From the IMG/VR virus record IMGVR_UViG_3300020161_003587, positions 1-28,425 of that record: a DNA stretch of 28,425 nucleotides; one strand, given 5' to 3'. Positions within the stretch are counted from its first letter, which is position 1. Each line of letters starts with the position of its first letter. The stretch comes from a virus (taxonomy: Duplodnaviria; Caudoviricetes). The notes beneath the pieces were generated by a model that saw only the letters and a program-made list of their open reading frames with translations, was not told where the DNA came from and did no database searches. Positions 6,198 through 13,951 of this stretch are shown piece by piece. The translations under genes were made by a program, and so were the position numbers.

Positions 6198-8894
6198 ATG
6201 CACCACTCCCCAGACATGACAGCCGAGATCCTCGACGCCCTCCGCGCCGATCCTCAGCTGCAGATGAAGACCAAGGGCAAGATGCTCCGGGGCAAATGCC
6301 CCGCCTGCGGCGCCTTGGAGCTCTTCATCGCCATCGACAAACCCTGGCAGCTCAAGTGCGGACGCGAGGGTAAATGCGCCCACGTCGAGAGCACTCGCGA
6401 GCGCTATGCGGACCTGTTCAAAGACATCTCCAAACGCCATCCCCAATCGCAGGCCCGCCCGAACGCCGCCGCCGATGCCTACATGGTGCAGCAGCGCGGC
6501 TTCGATCCGCAGCTCTGCGCCGGCATGTACAAGCAGGAATGGCGCCACGGCCACGCCACCGTGCGCTTCCCCATCGGCCCGGAGCTCTGGTGGGAGCGCA
6601 TCATCGACGAATCCTCCGTCAAGGCCGAAGGCAAGAAGGCACACTTCCCCTACGGCTCCAGCTTCAAAGACAAAGGCTGGATTCCCCCCGGCCAGACCAT
6701 TGAGCCAGGCGACCGCGTCTGGATCACCGAGGGCATCTTCAAGGCTCTCGGCTTCTATCACCTAAAGGTCGGGGGCAAGCGCCTGAAGACCATCAGCGCC
6801 ATGAGCGCCAACAACCTGCCGCGGGAGATCATCACCGCCCACAAGGGCAAAGGCGTGCGCTGGATCCTCGCCAATGATAACGAGCCCGCCGGCATCAGCT
6901 ACGCTCAGAAGTTCGCCAAAGAGCTCCGCGCCATGGGCGAGACCGTCGCCATCGCCCTGCCCGAGGGCGGCAAGAAGAAGGTCGACTGGGATGATCTTTA
7001 CAGAGCCGGCCGTCTGACTGAGGACTACCTCGCCGAATCCCTCTGGCGCGGCCTGCACCAGCTCGCCGAGACGCCCCTGATGGAGGCCTTCTGGTTCTTC
7101 GCCCGTTTCAACCGCACCGCCCACCACGTCTTCAATCACGGCGGCGGCGTTCATTCCCTGCGAATCCGCACCGAGAAAGACGCAGCCCACCTCGCCAAGG
7201 TCGAAGAGCTCAGCGAGCCAGACGTCCTGCGAGACTTGTGGGTTGAACCAGACGCTTTCGAAGAGGCAGACCTGGCGAAGTACGTCGGGCTCTTCACTGC
7301 CGTTTTCAATCTCTTCCGCATCTCCAACTGCGCCCCCGAGTTCCTTTACATCGAGCGCGACGCCCTTACCGACGAGCAGCTCTACTTCTTCCGCTTCCAG
7401 TTCATCTCCGGCAATGCCGAGCAGACCGCCAGCTTCGATGGCTCCGTGCTGGAAAGCCCGGCTTCCTGGAACAAGGCCCTGCTCAGCAAGACCCCCGGCG
7501 GAACTTTCGACGGCACCGCTTCAGACTGGAAGAAGATGAAAGAGACCTGGTTCGATTCCCGAATCAACTCCGTCACCACCATCCCCTTCGTCGGCTACGC
7601 CAAAGAGTTCGGCGCCTATGTCTTCCCCACCATCGCCTATCATGGCTCGAAGCGCCTCGAGCCCAATGATCAGGGCTATGTCGTCGCCGGCAAGCACCAG
7701 CTCAAGTGCAGCGCTTCCGGCGTCGAGCTCGCCACCTCCACCAACTTCGATGGATCCTGGTTCCCCGATTTTCAGGCCTGCTTCGGCAATAACGGCCTGG
7801 TGCTGATGTCCTGGTGGCTCGGCACCCTCTTTGCCGAGCAGATCCGCGGCGTTCACAAGAGCTGGCCCTTCCTGGAGTACACCGGCGAGCCCGGTGCCGG
7901 CAAGTCCTCACAGCTTGAATTCATGTGGCGCCTGGTCGGTCGCGAGGGCTACGAGGGATTCAACCCCGCCGCCGCTTCGCATGTCGGCCGCGCCCGGAAC
8001 TACCAGCAAGTCGCCAACCTTCCCATCGTCCTCCTCGAGGGCGACGCAGGAAACGAAAAGAAGCGCCTGGACCTGGGCGAACTGAAGACCTTCTTCAACG
8101 GCAGATCCATCCGCGCCATCGGCGTCGCCAAGCGCGGCGCCACCACCGACGAGCCGCCCTTTCGCGGCGCCCTCCTGGTCAGTCAAAACGACACCGTCAA
8201 GGGCGAAAAGTCCGTCCTCTCCCGGATCGTCCACTGCCACGTCACGAAGGCCGGCCACTCTCGCGAGCTCGCCGCCGTCGCCCAGCGCCTCATCTCCATC
8301 CCCACCGACAAACTCTGCGGCTGGATGCACCGCGTCCTCAGCATGGGCGACGAACTCCTCGAAGGCTACAAAACCGCCTACGCCACCATCGAGGCGAAAT
8401 ACTCCCGGCTCGCCCGCGGCCTCGATTCCCGCCTCATTCTGAACCACGCCCAGATCGCCGCCTGGGGCTACCAGCTCGGCCGAGTCTTCGGCCCCGATGT
8501 CTTCCCTGTTGAAACCTGCCGCCAGATCGAAGAGTTCCTCTGGCAACGCGCCCTTGCCCGCCACGACTACATCGAGGGCGACAACCCCTTCATCACCGAG
8601 TTTTGGACCCTTTTCGACTACGTCGAGAGCGAGTTCGCCAAGGATGGCCGCAATCGCGAGCCTCTGAACCTCACCAAGGATCCCGGACTGATCGCCTTTG
8701 ACCTAGCCGAAGTCGCCCGCTGGATCGGCGAACACGGCCTGAAGCGCTACTCCGTCACCGAGCTGCGCGATCAGCTCAAACAGTCCAAGTCCCGCCCCTT
8801 CGTCAAGGTCGGCACCATCTCCAGCAACCGCGGCGGCTCCAAGCACGCTTGGGTCTTCAAAAATCCGGAGGGCGCCCATGCTCAAGCCCAATAA
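6198..8894 (+). CDS. Bifunctional DNA primase/helicase (Zn finger, TOPRIM, P-loop NTPase)
   Basis: CPAC...CGREGKC Zn finger, TOPRIM ITEGIFKA...ANDNE, Walker A GEPGAGKS. Start is 6198 or 6216; the 5823 start overlaps the antisense moron. Confidence 0.85.
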   Translation: MHHSPDMTAEILDALRADPQLQMKTKGKMLRGKCPACGALELFIAIDKPWQLKCGREGKCAHVESTRERYADLFKDISKRHPQSQARPNAAADAYMVQQRGFDPQLCAGMYKQEWRHGHATVRFPIGPELWWERIIDESSVKAEGKKAHFPYGSSFKDKGWIPPGQTIEPGDRVWITEGIFKALGFYHLKVGGKRLKTISAMSANNLPREIITAHKGKGVRWILANDNEPAGISYAQKFAKELRAMGETVAIALPEGGKKKVDWDDLYRAGRLTEDYLAESLWRGLHQLAETPLMEAFWFFARFNRTAHHVFNHGGGVHSLRIRTEKDAAHLAKVEELSEPDVLRDLWVEPDAFEEADLAKYVGLFTAVFNLFRISNCAPEFLYIERDALTDEQLYFFRFQFISGNAEQTASFDGSVLESPASWNKALLSKTPGGTFDGTASDWKKMKETWFDSRINSVTTIPFVGYAKEFGAYVFPTIAYHGSKRLEPNDQGYVVAGKHQLKCSASGVELATSTNFDGSWFPDFQACFGNNGLVLMSWWLGTLFAEQIRGVHKSWPFLEYTGEPGAGKSSQLEFMWRLVGREGYEGFNPAAASHVGRARNYQQVANLPIVLLEGDAGNEKKRLDLGELKTFFNGRSIRAIGVAKRGATTDEPPFRGALLVSQNDTVKGEKSVLSRIVHCHVTKAGHSRELAAVAQRLISIPTDKLCGWMHRVLSMGDELLEGYKTAYATIEAKYSRLARGLDSRLILNHAQIAAWGYQLGRVFGPDVFPVETCRQIEEFLWQRALARHDYIEGDNPFITEFWTLFDYVESEFAKDGRNREPLNLTKDPGLIAFDLAEVARWIGEHGLKRYSVTELRDQLKQSKSRPFVKVGTISSNRGGSKHAWVFKNPEGAHAQAQ

Positions 8895-9258
8895 GGTCCC
8901 CCTTCAAGTCCTCGCCGAGTACGACGGCATGACCCTTGGCATGCTTCGCACCCTGCTCGCCATCCGCGACAGGCCCGGCCGAACCATCGTCGAGCTTGCC
9001 GAGGAAATGCAGCTCGACGCCAAGACCGCCCAGTTTCATTGCCGCGCCCTGCGCCGCACCTGGCGCCGCGTCGCCCTTGTGCCTCGGCCTCTTCGCCCGG
9101 ACTTCCGCCCCGCGACACCCGTTCTCCGGCGCACCGTCGCGGATCAGCCCCCATTGATCACCTGCGAACGCAGCCAGATCGATCGCCGCCACTACGAAGT
9201 CCGCCTCAGCCCCGCCGGCATTGCCTTCATCAAAAACCTCAAGGAAACCCTGCCATGA
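8878..9258 (+). CDS. MarR-like winged-helix regulator
   Basis: LRTLLAIRDRPGRTIVELAEEMQLD...LITCERSQIDRRHYEVRLSPAG contains the MarR DRR wing and L(S/T)xxG motif. Confidence 0.7.
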   Translation: MLKPNKVPLQVLAEYDGMTLGMLRTLLAIRDRPGRTIVELAEEMQLDAKTAQFHCRALRRTWRRVALVPRPLRPDFRPATPVLRRTVADQPPLITCERSQIDRRHYEVRLSPAGIAFIKNLKETLP

Positions 9259-9497
9259 ATTCCATCTTCTTCGCCAACTTCAACTGCCCCACCTGCTATC
9301 GCGGCAGCCAGTCCCTGCAGATGAACGCCGAGCTCTTCAACTACGACCCCGCCTTGGCCGCTGCCCACGCCCGCCGCGAAGTGGTCGAGCGCCAGCAGCG
9401 CCGCTGCACCCGCTGCGCCACCCCGCTGGCCCTGGAAGCCATCGTCCCCCACGGCGTCTTCCCGTCCCTGGTTCATCAAGAGGAGCAAGGCGCATGA
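9255..9497 (+). CDS. Small Zn-ribbon protein
   Basis: CPTC...CTRC. ATGA overlaps on both sides. Confidence 0.6.
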   Translation: MNSIFFANFNCPTCYRGSQSLQMNAELFNYDPALAAAHARREVVERQQRRCTRCATPLALEAIVPHGVFPSLVHQEEQGA

Positions 9498-9913
9498 AAA
9501 CCGAGCTCTCCGCCCTCCTCAAGTGCCCTCGCTGCAGCGCCGTTCGCGTCATCCGCACCAATCTCAGCCAGCATCTCAGCCTCGCCGAGGCCAATCATCA
9601 CCTGAACAAAAACCAAGGCGCATGCCCCTGCGTCGCCCCCATCGTCCCCCAAAACCAAACACTGGAGCTCACCATGTCAGACCTGCGCCCCACCTTCATC
9701 TTCGAGCCCATCCGTGTCACCGCCGATGTCCCCTGCAACATTTGCCACGCCATCATCCCCGAGATGGCCGAGGCTTTCTCCCTTCTCGGATCCCCTCATG
9801 TCTGCCCCAATTGTGTGCAGGCTTCCAAAGCCAAGTCACCCCCGCCGCCGGCGCCGATTCAATTGGTCAGGCAGAGGCCGCAGGCTCTTCCTGTTTTTCA
9901 CTACAAAGAGTGA
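9494..9913 (+). CDS. Cys-rich Zn-finger protein
   Basis: AGGAG RBS upstream. CPRC, CPC, CNIC and CPNC motifs. Confidence 0.6.
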   Translation: MKTELSALLKCPRCSAVRVIRTNLSQHLSLAEANHHLNKNQGACPCVAPIVPQNQTLELTMSDLRPTFIFEPIRVTADVPCNICHAIIPEMAEAFSLLGSPHVCPNCVQASKAKSPPPPAPIQLVRQRPQALPVFHYKE

Positions 9914-9918
9914 ATAAT

Positions 9919-9947
9919 GAGCCCCCCGCTGGCATCGGCGGGGGCTC
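9919..9947. terminator. Hairpin between convergent genes, likely terminator
   Basis: gagccccccgc-loop-gcgggggctc directly after the early operon. Confidence 0.65.
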
Positions 9948-9971
9948 GTACGTAGTAAGTGACAAAGGGGG

Positions 9972-10169
9972 TCAGTCTTCGTCATTAAGATCTTTTGCGC
10001 ATTGTGCGCTGCAGCACCCATCGCTACGTACTGCCGCACATTGATCATGCATCGGCAGACCGCAGGAGACACACAGAAGTCCTTTGTCGATTGACTCTTG
10101 TGTCTTGACTGATACGCCGCAGCTCGGGCATTGGCTCAAATCGTTATCAGGTAGTTTTAAGTTTTGCAT
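9972..10169 (-). CDS. Small Cys-rich Zn-finger-like protein
   Basis: AAGGAG RBS upstream. CPSC, CVSC, HxxC and CCxxxC motifs. Confidence 0.65.
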   Translation of the reverse strand: MQNLKLPDNDLSQCPSCGVSVKTQESIDKGLLCVSCGLPMHDQCAAVRSDGCCSAQCAKDLNDED

Positions 10170-10200
10170 TTTCTCTCCTTAACTTTTTTGCTCTAAGTTT

Positions 10201-11439
10201 TTATCGTTTCAAGGTGTCAATCGTTGCAGCCAACGCGAACTTGATCAGCTCCGACATGGCCTTGAGATCTTCGATGCTGTTGATCTGCACCCGGAGATTG
10301 GCCGTTGAAGATGCTTCGAGCTGCGTGAATCCTGCCGGGATCAAGGCCTTGGCTTTCTCGATCTTCTCTCCCTCAAGATTGAAGCCAATCCACTTGGTCT
10401 TTTGTTCACAGATCAAGCGGGCAACCCACCAGGCTGGCTTGTTGAGGTAGACGCCGAAATAGGCGGAAGTGTCCTTGTACTCGAGGCGGGCGCTGTCTTC
10501 CTTGCGCAGCGACGGATCGAAGACCGTGGCTCCGGCGAAGTTGGCGTCGAATACCTGCTTCATGATCGCGAAGCCCTTGAGCTCGTTTTCTGTGGTGATG
10601 ATCCCGTTCTCCCCCTGGGCCGCCGCCGCTGCCGGGGCCGCCTGCAGGGGCTCCGCGATGGCCGGAGGCGAAGCCGGGATGACGCGTTCAGCGGCGGCGC
10701 TATCCATCGCCGAAAGCGAGCGACGCACAATGCTCCGGGTGACGCTTGTCAGGCCATTTTTGACGATCGGGCGGAAGCGTTCCACCACCGCCGCGGTGAC
10801 TCTGGTTTCCGTGTGAATCTCTTCTTGGCTCAGGACCCAGCGAACCAGGGCTTCGCTCGGATCTCGGTCTTGCAAGTCAAGCTCCCGGCGGAGGATCTCG
10901 GCGATCTTGGCGGTGAACAGAATGTCAGTGGCCAGCTTCCGGATGCTCTCGTGATTGAAGGCTGATTTCATAAAGTAATCGAAGACTTCGAGGCCCTGAT
11001 CGAGGCTGTCAAACTTCGCGATATGGAAGGGACGAGTATCCATCATGTTGGGCGCTGTGCAATCGGTATAAAAACGCCATTCCAAGCCATTTGTCAGTAT
11101 GCCAAGCGTGACGGTTGGAGTGGAATTAAAGTAGCGGCTGAGTTGGCCCGGGGCGGATGGGTCGTCTAAGGAGACTTCTAGGGCTTTGGCTTCAATGAAA
11201 ATTCTTGGTTCGCCGTTCAGCAAGATCGCATAGTCAACTTTTTCTTGTTGGCCATTTCGTTTTTGCAGCACGAAGTCGGCTCCGTATTCAGGCCGGACTT
11301 CATCTGGGTTGTAAATGTCGTAGCCAAGTGCCGTGATGATTGGCAGTATAAGAGCTTGCTTGGTCGTCTCTTCTCCACGCCCTTTCACGGCTGCAATTCG
11401 TCCCATGACTTGATCAACGGTAGTTTTGAGATTGGACAT
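10201..11439 (-). CDS. Type I restriction HsdR N-terminal-domain (PD-(D/E)xK) protein
   Basis: EETTKQALILP...LGYDIYNPDEVRPEY, KVDYAI...IFIEAK, QLSRYF, GILTNGLEWRFYTD. No helicase domain. Confidence 0.85.
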   Translation of the reverse strand: MSNLKTTVDQVMGRIAAVKGRGEETTKQALILPIITALGYDIYNPDEVRPEYGADFVLQKRNGQQEKVDYAILLNGEPRIFIEAKALEVSLDDPSAPGQLSRYFNSTPTVTLGILTNGLEWRFYTDCTAPNMMDTRPFHIAKFDSLDQGLEVFDYFMKSAFNHESIRKLATDILFTAKIAEILRRELDLQDRDPSEALVRWVLSQEEIHTETRVTAAVVERFRPIVKNGLTSVTRSIVRRSLSAMDSAAAERVIPASPPAIAEPLQAAPAAAAAQGENGIITTENELKGFAIMKQVFDANFAGATVFDPSLRKEDSARLEYKDTSAYFGVYLNKPAWWVARLICEQKTKWIGFNLEGEKIEKAKALIPAGFTQLEASSTANLRVQINSIEDLKAMSELIKFALAATIDTLKR

Positions 11440-11509
11440 CTAGGGCTCCTTGGTGGTTTTTGACGCTCATTAGGGGGAACTTAAGTCGCGATTGTTACTC
11501 TGGGCAATT

Positions 11510-11540
11510 AATAGCCGTCGATTGACGGCTATTTTTATTT
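11510..11540. promoter_or_regulatory. Inverted repeat in AT-rich divergent intergenic region (terminator or operator)
   Basis: aatagccgtc-gatt-gacggctatt followed by a T-rich tract. Confidence 0.5.
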
Positions 11541-11624
11541 TATAACAAATCTTTATTAGCTTATAAACAGGCTAATTTATTGAGGGGGAAGGGAGAATCC
11601 ACCAACACACCGGAGACCCCCGCC

Positions 11625-12620
11625 ATGCGCATCCACCAGGGCGACTGCCTGCCCTTCATGAAATCCCTTCCCTCTGCCTCTGTTGACCTGCTGCTCACCG
11701 ACCCGCCCTATTTCCGCGTCAAAGCCGAGGCTTGGGACCGGCAGTGGAGCGACGCCGACGCCTTCATTGCCTGGATCGGCGAACTTTGCCAGGAATGGCG
11801 CCGCATCCTCAAGCCCACCGGCACCCTCTTCGTCTTCGCCTCGCCGCAAATGCGTGCCCGGGTCGAGCTCGAGGTGGCGAAGCACTTCCAGATCTTGCCG
11901 AGCATCACCTGGGCCAAGCCGCAAGGCCGGCACCTGGGCTGCTGCAAGGCCGAGCTGCGCAGCTTCTTCCCGCAGACCGAGGCCATCATCTTCGCTGAGC
12001 CCTTCGGCAGCAAGAACCGGCATCAGCGCAAGGTCGGAGAGAGCTGCGAGCCCGTGCGCCTCTACCTGGTCGAGGAATGGACCCGCGCCGGCCTCACGTC
12101 CAAAGACGCGAACCAGGCCACCGGAACCAGCATGGCCGGGCACTGGTTCGGCCGTTCCCAGTGGGCCTTGCCCTCGGCCGAGAACTACGCCGCCCTGCAG
12201 GCCTTCGCCGCGGCGCACGGCAAGCAGGCCCTGCAGCGAGACCACGCCTCCCTGCGGGCCGAAGTCGAACAGCTCCGCCCCGTTCTCTCCCGCGCTCATT
12301 CCGAGCTTGCCGCCGAGACCGAGCGCAGCCGCCGCCCCTTCGCCCTGAGCAAATCCTCGCCGCATCATACCGACGTCTGGACCTTCCCGCCCGTGCAGCC
12401 CTATCCCGGCAAACACCCCTGCGAAAAACCTGCAGCCATGCTGGAATTCATGATCGAAACAGCCAGCCGCCCCGGCGACCTGGTCTTCGACCCCTTCCTG
12501 GGCTCTGGCGCCGTCGGCCTCGCCGCCCAAAAGCTCGGCCGCGACTTCCTTGGTTGCGATCTGGATCCGCACTGGTGTGAGTATGCGAGGGCGAGGCTGA
12601 GGAAACGCAACGCCGCCTGA
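11625..12620 (+). CDS. Orphan N6-adenine/N4-cytosine DNA methyltransferase (beta class)
   Basis: Motif IV TDPPY precedes HPCEKP and motif I DPFLGSG. Confidence 0.92.
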   Translation: MRIHQGDCLPFMKSLPSASVDLLLTDPPYFRVKAEAWDRQWSDADAFIAWIGELCQEWRRILKPTGTLFVFASPQMRARVELEVAKHFQILPSITWAKPQGRHLGCCKAELRSFFPQTEAIIFAEPFGSKNRHQRKVGESCEPVRLYLVEEWTRAGLTSKDANQATGTSMAGHWFGRSQWALPSAENYAALQAFAAAHGKQALQRDHASLRAEVEQLRPVLSRAHSELAAETERSRRPFALSKSSPHHTDVWTFPPVQPYPGKHPCEKPAAMLEFMIETASRPGDLVFDPFLGSGAVGLAAQKLGRDFLGCDLDPHWCEYARARLRKRNAA

Positions 12621-12624
12621 TCAC

Positions 12625-12656
12625 ATCCCCCGCTTCAGCCGAGGCGGGGGATTTTC
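12625..12656 (+). terminator. Rho-independent terminator
   Basis: atcccccgcttc-agcc-gaggcgggggat followed by Ts. Confidence 0.8.
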
Positions 12657-12753
12657 TGTGACTCATCTAAAATAAAAGTTCATCGAGACTCTGGACAATT
12701 TGCCAATCAAGAGGTTATATTCTTGAAAATCCAAGCAACCAAAGGAGGCGAGT

Positions 12754-13041
12754 ATGATTCAACTGAAACTGACGCGCCCCTCCGACGAATTCCTTAGCTG
12801 TGTGTGGCGCTTCTTTCTTGACGGGGTGCTCGTGATCGCCATCGCGGCCCCCTGCTATGGCGCCTACTTCTACTTTGCCCGCCCCGAGCGCCCCTCACCA
12901 GGCTATGTGCGCACGCCGCCAGGCAAGATCGTCAACTGTCCGACCTGCAAAGGCACTGGCGACAATCCTGACCCGGCGAAATATCCGGGGCAAAGAAGCT
13001 GCCCTTTCTGTTGTGATGGAAGGGTGGAGGTTAGACAGTGA
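12754..13041 (+). CDS. Membrane-anchored protein with DnaJ-type Zn-finger repeats
   Basis: AAGGAGG RBS upstream. Hydrophobic GVLVIAIAAPCYGAYFYF, then CPTCKGTG...CPFCCDG. Confidence 0.65.
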   Translation: MIQLKLTRPSDEFLSCVWRFFLDGVLVIAIAAPCYGAYFYFARPERPSPGYVRTPPGKIVNCPTCKGTGDNPDPAKYPGQRSCPFCCDGRVEVRQ

Positions 13042-13069
13042 AACAATTTAAATCACGGGTGTTTTTACA

Positions 13070-13666
13070 ATGAATCTTTTTGATTTGATTTCTTGGGTTA
13101 GTTACGAATCAATTAAGCCATATCTTGAAGGAACCTACTTTGTTGTTGGTGCGTTTCTTCTTATGGGTGTTATTGTTTCCTATTGTCAGCTTAAAGAGTT
13201 CAAGAAGGATTTAAAGATACGGAATCAAAGAATGGCCATGGAAAAGGCTCTAGATTTAGGTAAAGAATTTTGTGGAATTATGAATGGATTTCCTGGATTA
13301 GCTTCTGGTTCCAGCAAGGAGGAAGTCGGGGATTTTACGATAAAGTCTTTAAGTTCTAAGCCAACGCAGACTAGACGTGAGTTAGCACAATCTCTTTCTG
13401 CAAACCTTAATGCTTTGGAGTCACTTTCAGTCTGTGTGCAGTGCGGAATTGCTGACGAGGATCTAGCTTTTAGGTGTTTTGGCGGAGCATTTTGTTTAAT
13501 AATCGAAGATCATTACGACTTGATCGTGATATCGAAAGATCAAGGGGTTCCGGATGCATTTGCTGAAACTATTGAACTTTATAAATTCTGGAGCAATAAG
13601 ATAAAGAGATTAAAGCTTGACTCAATACCTGTGACTAAATCCAGGCCCCCATTTGGAGTAGGGTAA
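13070..13666 (+). CDS. AT-rich membrane protein, DUF4760-like
   Basis: N-terminal TM helix and LNALESLSVCVQCGIADEDL...ELYKFW pattern. The family call is from memory of the pattern. Confidence 0.55.
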   Translation: MNLFDLISWVSYESIKPYLEGTYFVVGAFLLMGVIVSYCQLKEFKKDLKIRNQRMAMEKALDLGKEFCGIMNGFPGLASGSSKEEVGDFTIKSLSSKPTQTRRELAQSLSANLNALESLSVCVQCGIADEDLAFRCFGGAFCLIIEDHYDLIVISKDQGVPDAFAETIELYKFWSNKIKRLKLDSIPVTKSRPPFGVG

Positions 13667-13716
13667 ATTTCCAGGTAATTTCAAGGCAATCAGCAATAGA
13701 AAACAGGAGACTTAAC

Positions 13717-13944
13717 ATGAGCTTTCAGACCCGAATGACCGAAGATTTGATTAAAATTGCCGGTGCTGGTGGAGGCTTTCATCTTAACGCAAGTACTAGA
13801 ATGACGAATGATCTAGTTCGGATTGCCGCTGCTGCATCGACTTCCGGTGCGAAGCTTGTTTTTTCGGGCATGTCAACGAGAATGACCGATGATTTGGCTA
13901 GGATTGCCAGTGCAGGAAAGGGTAATGTAGTGTTTGGTGATTGA
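13717..13944 (+). CDS. Small protein of three tandem TRMTxDLxxIA repeats
   Basis: AGGAG RBS upstream. The repeats are visible in both protein and DNA. Confidence 0.75.
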   Translation: MSFQTRMTEDLIKIAGAGGGFHLNASTRMTNDLVRIAAAASTSGAKLVFSGMSTRMTDDLARIASAGKGNVVFGD

Positions 13945-13951
13945 AATCCAT

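Noticed and set aside
12590-12656. GGCGAGGCTGAGGAAACGCAAC and GCCGAGGCGGGGGA resemble the P2 cos end and lie roughly where cos would be
   Set aside because: One is MTase coding sequence and the other is a terminator arm. Short GC-rich matches are expected by chance, and virion-end data would be needed.
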